In this document: positions 39,233 through 43,883 of the stretch, piece after piece
Layout of the letters: the number at the start of each line of letters is the position of its first letter
Position numbering within the stretch: position 1 is the first letter of the stretch
From: an uncultured Eubacterium sp.
GTDB taxonomy: Bacteria; Bacillota; Clostridia; Lachnospirales; Lachnospiraceae
Assembly: GCA_905236225.1 (NCBI GenBank)
Contig: CAJOPM010000045.1
Location: forward strand, 1 to 43,883
DNA: 43,883 nucleotides
Reading direction: 5' to 3'
The notes under the pieces: model-generated
What the model was told of the DNA's origin: nothing
The model's input: only the letters and a program-made list of their open reading frames with translations
Databases searched by the model: none
Made by a program: the position numbers and the translations under genes

Positions 39233-40741
39233 ATGAGAAAGGCTGTAAAAAAAACAAGGTCGATTACTAAGCAGATAGTTGTCATTACTGTTGGAATTAT
39301 TATTGGAGTAGTATTGCTTTGTATTGCTCTTAACACCACTCTTCTCGGTACTTATTATTCATACAAAAAACAAAATATCCTCTGCCAGGGCTATAAGACG
39401 ATTAATGAAGCCTGTATAGAAGATACTTTGTACAATAACTCTTTTGACATAGAGTTTGAATCTATTGCGGCAAATGGAAATCTAACCATATCAATTCTTT
39501 CTCCAAGCTGGAGTCTTATTCGTTCATCGGCGAGCAATTATTCTGCTCAAACAGACCTTATTTATCAAATCAGATTTGGCGATCAGTCAAATGTCGATAT
39601 ATTAAAAGAAAGTGAATACTATTACGTTGAAAGAGTGCTTGATAATAGGCTTGATGAGCAATATTTGGTGCTCATAGGCTCGCTCTATGATGGGAATCAG
39701 ATACTAATGAGAACACCACTTGAGGGGATTAGAGAAAGTGCGATAATAGCAAATCAGTTTTTGATTATTGCCGGAATAATAGCTGTTTTTGTCAGTATTT
39801 TTGTTGTAATAATTGTCTCTAAAAAAATCACAAATCCTATTCTTGAGCTAAGCGAAATATCTAGGCGTATGAGTGAGCTTGATTTCGAGGCTAAATTTTG
39901 CCCACATCATGAATATGAAAATGAAATCGATGTATTAGGCGATCATATGAATGCGCTTTCAAGAACGCTTGAAGAAACCATATCTGAACTAAAGAGCGCA
40001 AATCTTGAGATGAAAAGAGACATTGAGAAAAAAGATGAGATCGAAAAAATGCGCACGGAGTTTTTGGCTAATGTATCTCATGAATTAAAAACGCCCATAG
40101 CATTAATATCAGGTTATGCCGAGGGGCTAAAAGAGAGTATAGATGATGATAGAGAGAGCAGAGACTTTTATTGCGAGGTTATCATGGATGAAGCTAAGAA
40201 AATGAATGAGATGGTGAAAAAATTGCTCTCTTTAAATCAATTAGAGTTTGGTAATGAAATGATTGATATGAAGCGGTTTGATGTTACCGAGCTTACGGGA
40301 GGAGTTATCAGTGCTTCGCAAATTTTAGCTCAACAAAATCAAATTACGATTGAATTTCACCAAGATAAGCCGATATATGTATGGGCAGATGAATTTTTAA
40401 TTGAAGAAGTTCTTACAAATTATGTTAGCAATGCAATTCATTATGCAAAAAATGAGAAACGTATTATCATTAGTTTTACAGATTTTGGCGAGTCGCTAAG
40501 AGTCAGCGTGTTTAATACGGGGGATAATATACCGGCTGAAGATATAGAGAATATATGGGATAAATTCTACAAAGTCGATAAAGCCAGGACCAGAGAATAT
40601 GGTGGTAACGGGATAGGTTTATCAATTGTAAAAGCAATTATGCAATCACATGATCGCGATTTCGGAGTTATTAATAAAGAAAACGGAGTCGAATTTTACT
40701 TTGAACTTGACAAAAAAACAGGTGATGTAGAAAATGCTTAA
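39233..40741 (+). CDS. HAMP-domain sensor histidine kinase
   Basis: Two TM helices, HAMP, H-box SHELKTP, N-box NYVSNA, FYKVDKAR, GNGIGL. Confidence 0.95.
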   Translation: MRKAVKKTRSITKQIVVITVGIIIGVVLLCIALNTTLLGTYYSYKKQNILCQGYKTINEACIEDTLYNNSFDIEFESIAANGNLTISILSPSWSLIRSSASNYSAQTDLIYQIRFGDQSNVDILKESEYYYVERVLDNRLDEQYLVLIGSLYDGNQILMRTPLEGIRESAIIANQFLIIAGIIAVFVSIFVVIIVSKKITNPILELSEISRRMSELDFEAKFCPHHEYENEIDVLGDHMNALSRTLEETISELKSANLEMKRDIEKKDEIEKMRTEFLANVSHELKTPIALISGYAEGLKESIDDDRESRDFYCEVIMDEAKKMNEMVKKLLSLNQLEFGNEMIDMKRFDVTELTGGVISASQILAQQNQITIEFHQDKPIYVWADEFLIEEVLTNYVSNAIHYAKNEKRIIISFTDFGESLRVSVFNTGDNIPAEDIENIWDKFYKVDKARTREYGGNGIGLSIVKAIMQSHDRDFGVINKENGVEFYFELDKKTGDVENA

Positions 40742-40760
40742 AACGCTATAAAACCAACAC

Positions 40761-40789
40761 TTTACCGAAAGATTAAAGAATGATAAAAT
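40761..40789 (+). promoter_or_regulatory. Probable sigma-A promoter
   Basis: TTTACC, 17-nt spacer, TAAAAT with extended TG. Confidence 0.5.
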
Positions 40790-40830
40790 AATAAATGTAG
40801 ATTTTGTATTACTTTGGAGATGGAATATTT

Positions 40831-41604
40831 ATGCGTAAAAGATTAATACTATTATGGACATTAATTTGCATATCGTCTTTTGTGCTTACAGGGTGTACTA
40901 TAGGTGATGAGATGATACCATTGACAGAGGAAGAACAAAGTACAATAGCATCATACTGCGCACATATAGTTTCTAAATATAATTCAAAGTCAAAATATGG
41001 ACTTGTTAATCCATCGCCTCAAGAAGAAGAGGAAGAAGAGGAAGAAACATCTTCATCTGATGTAGAAGAACAAGCACAAACAGATGCCGATTCATCAAGT
41101 GATGAGAGTGATTCGTCTGAGACAGATGATAGTGGCGATGGCTCTGAGAGTTCATCAACAGGCGACGAATCGCAAGACGAAGAGACTGCTGTGGCGGCTA
41201 TGTCCATGACAGAAGCAATGGGAATTGATGGAGTATCTTTTGAATATAAAGGATATGATGTTGCATCAACTCTTTCGGAAGGATCGTACTTTTCTATTGA
41301 TGCAGCAGATGGATATAAGTATCTTAAACTTAAATTTAAAATGAAAGCCAGTAAAGATGCTTCTATTAATGTGATGGGTCTAGATCCGAGATTCAGAGTG
41401 GTTATTAACGAAGATGAGACGTATGTCTCACAAGCTACATTGCTGCTTAGTGATCTTTCGACCTTTGATGAAAAGATTAAAAGCGGCGAATCAAGAAATG
41501 TATTTTTGGTTTTTGAAATAGATAAATCGGTTGCCAAATCAATAGAAGGCATTTTGCTTACTGTGACAATAGATGACAAAGCAGGGGAGGTTGCTTTGCA
41601 ATAG
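40831..41604 (+). CDS. Lipoprotein with acidic Ser/Glu/Asp linker and a beta-rich (DUF4352-like) C-terminal domain
   Basis: MRKR leader plus lipobox LTG-C; low-complexity linker; GYKYL.LKF...IKSGES...LVFEI. Confidence 0.7.
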   Translation: MRKRLILLWTLICISSFVLTGCTIGDEMIPLTEEEQSTIASYCAHIVSKYNSKSKYGLVNPSPQEEEEEEEETSSSDVEEQAQTDADSSSDESDSSETDDSGDGSESSSTGDESQDEETAVAAMSMTEAMGIDGVSFEYKGYDVASTLSEGSYFSIDAADGYKYLKLKFKMKASKDASINVMGLDPRFRVVINEDETYVSQATLLLSDLSTFDEKIKSGESRNVFLVFEIDKSVAKSIEGILLTVTIDDKAGEVALQ

Positions 41605-41670
41605 ATGGCTTCAAAAACAGAACATATGACTAAATAATTAAAAAAAATCACTGTTTTTTGAAGGGGCTTG

Positions 41671-41679
41671 TGGTATAAT
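41671..41679 (+). promoter_or_regulatory. Extended -10 promoter element for cheV
   Basis: TG-G-TATAAT about 40 nt upstream of the ATG; poor -35. Confidence 0.5.
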
Positions 41680-41717
41680 TTTATTGATTGTAAAGGATTT
41701 TGCGGGAGGAGACACAT

Positions 41718-42659
41718 ATGGATACTAATATTCTACTTGAGAACGGTACAAATGAGCTGGAAGTACTTGAATTTACATTGGGAGACAATCATTACGGGAT
41801 CAATGTGGCGAAGATCCGTGAAATATTATCTTATCAGCCTGTAACACCGATCCCTAATCCACATCCTTTTGTTGAAGGTATATTTATGCCTAGAGATACT
41901 ATGATTACAGTTGTTAATCTTAGACGTTCGTTAGGTCTTAATGACAGCGAAGAAGATGGCCTTTTCATAATTACTAATTTCAACAAGCTTAATATTGCAT
42001 TTCATGTTGATACTGTTATCGGAATACATAGAGTTTCTTGGGCTGAGATTATTAAGCCTGACCATTCAATTAATGCAAATGAGAAGGGGGTTTCCACTGG
42101 CGTTATTAAGATTGATGAAAAGTTGATTGTAATACTTGACTTTGAGAAAATCGTTACCGATATTAGTCCGGAGACAGGCCTTAAGGTTTCAGATATTGAG
42201 CAACTTGGAGAAAGAAATCGTTGTGATATGCCGATTGTTATTGCAGAGGATTCACCGATGCTTAGTAAGATGATAACCGACTTCCTTAAAAAAGCCGGAT
42301 ATACTAACCTTAATGTCAACGGTAATGGTAAGGAAGCGTGGGATAAGCTTCTACAATACAAAGCAGACGGCACTATAGATAAATTTGCAAAATGCGTTAT
42401 CACTGATATAGAGATGCCGGTTATGGATGGGCACAGACTTACAAAGCTTATCAAAGATGATGATGAATTAAAGCATGTTCCGGTTGTTATATTCTCGTCA
42501 CTTGTAAATGATGAAATGCGCAGAAAGGGAGAACAGCTCGGTGCAGATGCACAGCTTTCAAAACCTGAGATTGGTCAATTGGTACAGGCAATTGATAGAT
42601 TGATTAAGATTGCGCCGAGCTCTGCACAGGAGCCGGCAGCCGTAGCGGCAGCTGAATAA
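41718..42659 (+). CDS. cheV: Chemotaxis coupling protein CheV (CheW + receiver)
   Basis: ILLENGTNELEVLEF, YGINVAKIREI, IAEDS, ITDIEMP.MDG, FSS; GGAGG RBS before ATG 41718. Confidence 0.95.
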   Translation: MDTNILLENGTNELEVLEFTLGDNHYGINVAKIREILSYQPVTPIPNPHPFVEGIFMPRDTMITVVNLRRSLGLNDSEEDGLFIITNFNKLNIAFHVDTVIGIHRVSWAEIIKPDHSINANEKGVSTGVIKIDEKLIVILDFEKIVTDISPETGLKVSDIEQLGERNRCDMPIVIAEDSPMLSKMITDFLKKAGYTNLNVNGNGKEAWDKLLQYKADGTIDKFAKCVITDIEMPVMDGHRLTKLIKDDDELKHVPVVIFSSLVNDEMRRKGEQLGADAQLSKPEIGQLVQAIDRLIKIAPSSAQEPAAVAAAE

Positions 42660-42678
42660 ATATCATATTGAACACAAC

Positions 42679-42830
42679 GTAAGCAATCCCCCGCTTCAAA
42701 AGCGTTAGCTTTAAGCGGGGGTTGAAGCTTACTAGTGTCAGGAGGTGTGAAAGCCCCCTTTTGAGACGGAGCACGAAGTGTTTCTGTGTTTATGAGGAAG
42801 AAGCGAAGCGGACCCTGAATGTCCGCTTTA
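42679..42830 (+). ncRNA. Putative structured RNA / non-autonomous IS200/IS605-derived end (omega-RNA-like)
   Basis: Four consecutive stems at 42679-42732, 42735-42767, 42768-42784 and 42806-42828; 5' end repeated at 79-102. Family assignment and strand are inferred. Confidence 0.5.
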
Positions 42831-42857
42831 CCATGATTTAAGTAGTAGGCATTATTT

Positions 42858-42889
42858 AAATAGGACGTGACAAGTCACGTCCTATTTTT
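42858..42889 (+). terminator. Rho-independent terminator
   Basis: AAATAGGACGTGAC-aa-GTCACGTCCTATTT followed by TT. Confidence 0.8.
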
Positions 42890-42908
42890 AAGATTAGGGA
42901 GGAAAGGC

Positions 42909-43883
42909 ATGAGCCGTAGCGAAGATTATTTGGATAATCTTTTAAATTCAGTCACAAGCTTTAAAGAGGAGCTTGATGAAAAGACGGGAGTAAAGGATTT
43001 AGCTGTCAAACGACAGATGGAAGACTTTACTGATTATGACCCGGAACTTGAATCGCTTATGTCTGAAAGCGAAGATGACGATGAGGCGTTTCTTGAAGAA
43101 TTTGAAAAAGAACTTATAGCTGATCAAGAAGATGTTTATGGTGACAGGAAAAACAGGAATTATATACCATCGGATTATACGTCATCAAATAAAGAAGCAA
43201 ATGACTTTTTTGATGATATAGACAGTTTCGAACTTGAAGATAATGAGGATATTTTTGATGATGCTAAGTCTTTTGAACATGAAGAAAGTACAAGCGCTTT
43301 AAATGAGAATGTGCCATTGCAGGATGAAAGTGATGAATCCGATAGTCAGCAGGTTCAAAGTATACAAGAAGAAGCAGCACAAAATGAGCCTGAAGAAGTA
43401 AATGCAGATGAAAAACAGCAGGTTTTAGGCAATGAAGATAATCTTGAAGGAGATGTTTTTGTTCCTGAACAAAGCGAATCTGATGAGGAGACAACTAATG
43501 ACGTTGCTCAAAACGATAATGATAAGGCCCAAAGCGATACACCTGAAGATAATGCTGATGAACAAGAACTTATGGATTTGCTTTCGGGACTTTCCGATGG
43601 AGGAGAAGTAAGCGAACTATCAGATCTACTTAATGACAATAATGAGAGTTTTGAGGTTGATACTATATCAGAAGAGGTGGCTGAGGATCAACCCAAAGAG
43701 GATAATGTTAATGAGCAGGAAGATGATATAGATGGCCAGGAGCCTTCACTTGAAGAAGCACTTAGTGAAGAAACTGCTGAGCCGGGCAGCCCGCAAGAAG
43801 CAGCCAATCTTATAAAACAGGAAATGGAAGATGCAGCTTCTGAAAAAGAAGCTATAAAAAACAAAAAAAAGAAAAAAGATAAA
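42909..43883 (+). CDS. Highly acidic, probably disordered hypothetical protein (3'-partial)
   Basis: GGGAGG RBS, ATG 42909; reads MSRSEDYLDNLLNSV... with no stop to the window end (325 codons). Absent from the ORF track because it lacks a stop. Confidence 0.85.
   Translation, partial: MSRSEDYLDNLLNSVTSFKEELDEKTGVKDLAVKRQMEDFTDYDPELESLMSESEDDDEAFLEEFEKELIADQEDVYGDRKNRNYIPSDYTSSNKEANDFFDDIDSFELEDNEDIFDDAKSFEHEESTSALNENVPLQDESDESDSQQVQSIQEEAAQNEPEEVNADEKQQVLGNEDNLEGDVFVPEQSESDEETTNDVAQNDNDKAQSDTPEDNADEQELMDLLSGLSDGGEVSELSDLLNDNNESFEVDTISEEVAEDQPKEDNVNEQEDDIDGQEPSLEEALSEETAEPGSPQEAANLIKQEMEDAASEKEAIKNKKKKKDK

Noticed and set aside
41020-41185. GAA/GAT-rich repetitive tract
   Set aside because: Low-complexity coding linker, not a CRISPR array or tandem repeat; no CRISPR array was seen anywhere in the window.
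41019-41717. 232-aa Ser-rich minus-strand ORF
   Set aside because: Antisense of the GAA/GAT-rich lipoprotein gene; the poly-Ser mirrors poly-Glu/Asp codons.

Overview
A low-GC Firmicutes chromosomal segment, most likely Clostridia/Lachnospiraceae-like, with nearly all genes on the + strand. It is mostly housekeeping: dgt-dnaG-sigA-trmK, RNase P RNA, topB, tRNA-Val and tRNA-Met, purEMND and purCFB, gap-pgk-tpiA-gpmI, secG-rnr-smpB-tmRNA, an OmpR-family two-component pair and cheV. Four things stand out. (1) A compact type-IV-filament-like operon (209-5004) encodes a transglutaminase-like lipoprotein, a PilC/GspF platform protein, four single-TM pilin-like proteins without the canonical G|FxxxE motif and one PilT-type ATPase; no PilB or prepilin peptidase lies in the operon. 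(2) A 1611-bp higher-GC insertion with no recombinase splits the secG terminator, is bounded by an exact 19-bp direct repeat and ends in a perfect 22-bp hairpin. (3) Related IS200/IS605-like hairpins sit just behind three stop codons, and one extends into a ~200-nt multi-stem, omega-RNA-like sequence after cheV. (4) A DUF5685-like protein with prenyltransferase-like aspartate motifs is coupled to a J-domain/TPR protein. All family calls come from motif recognition by eye; no database searches were run.
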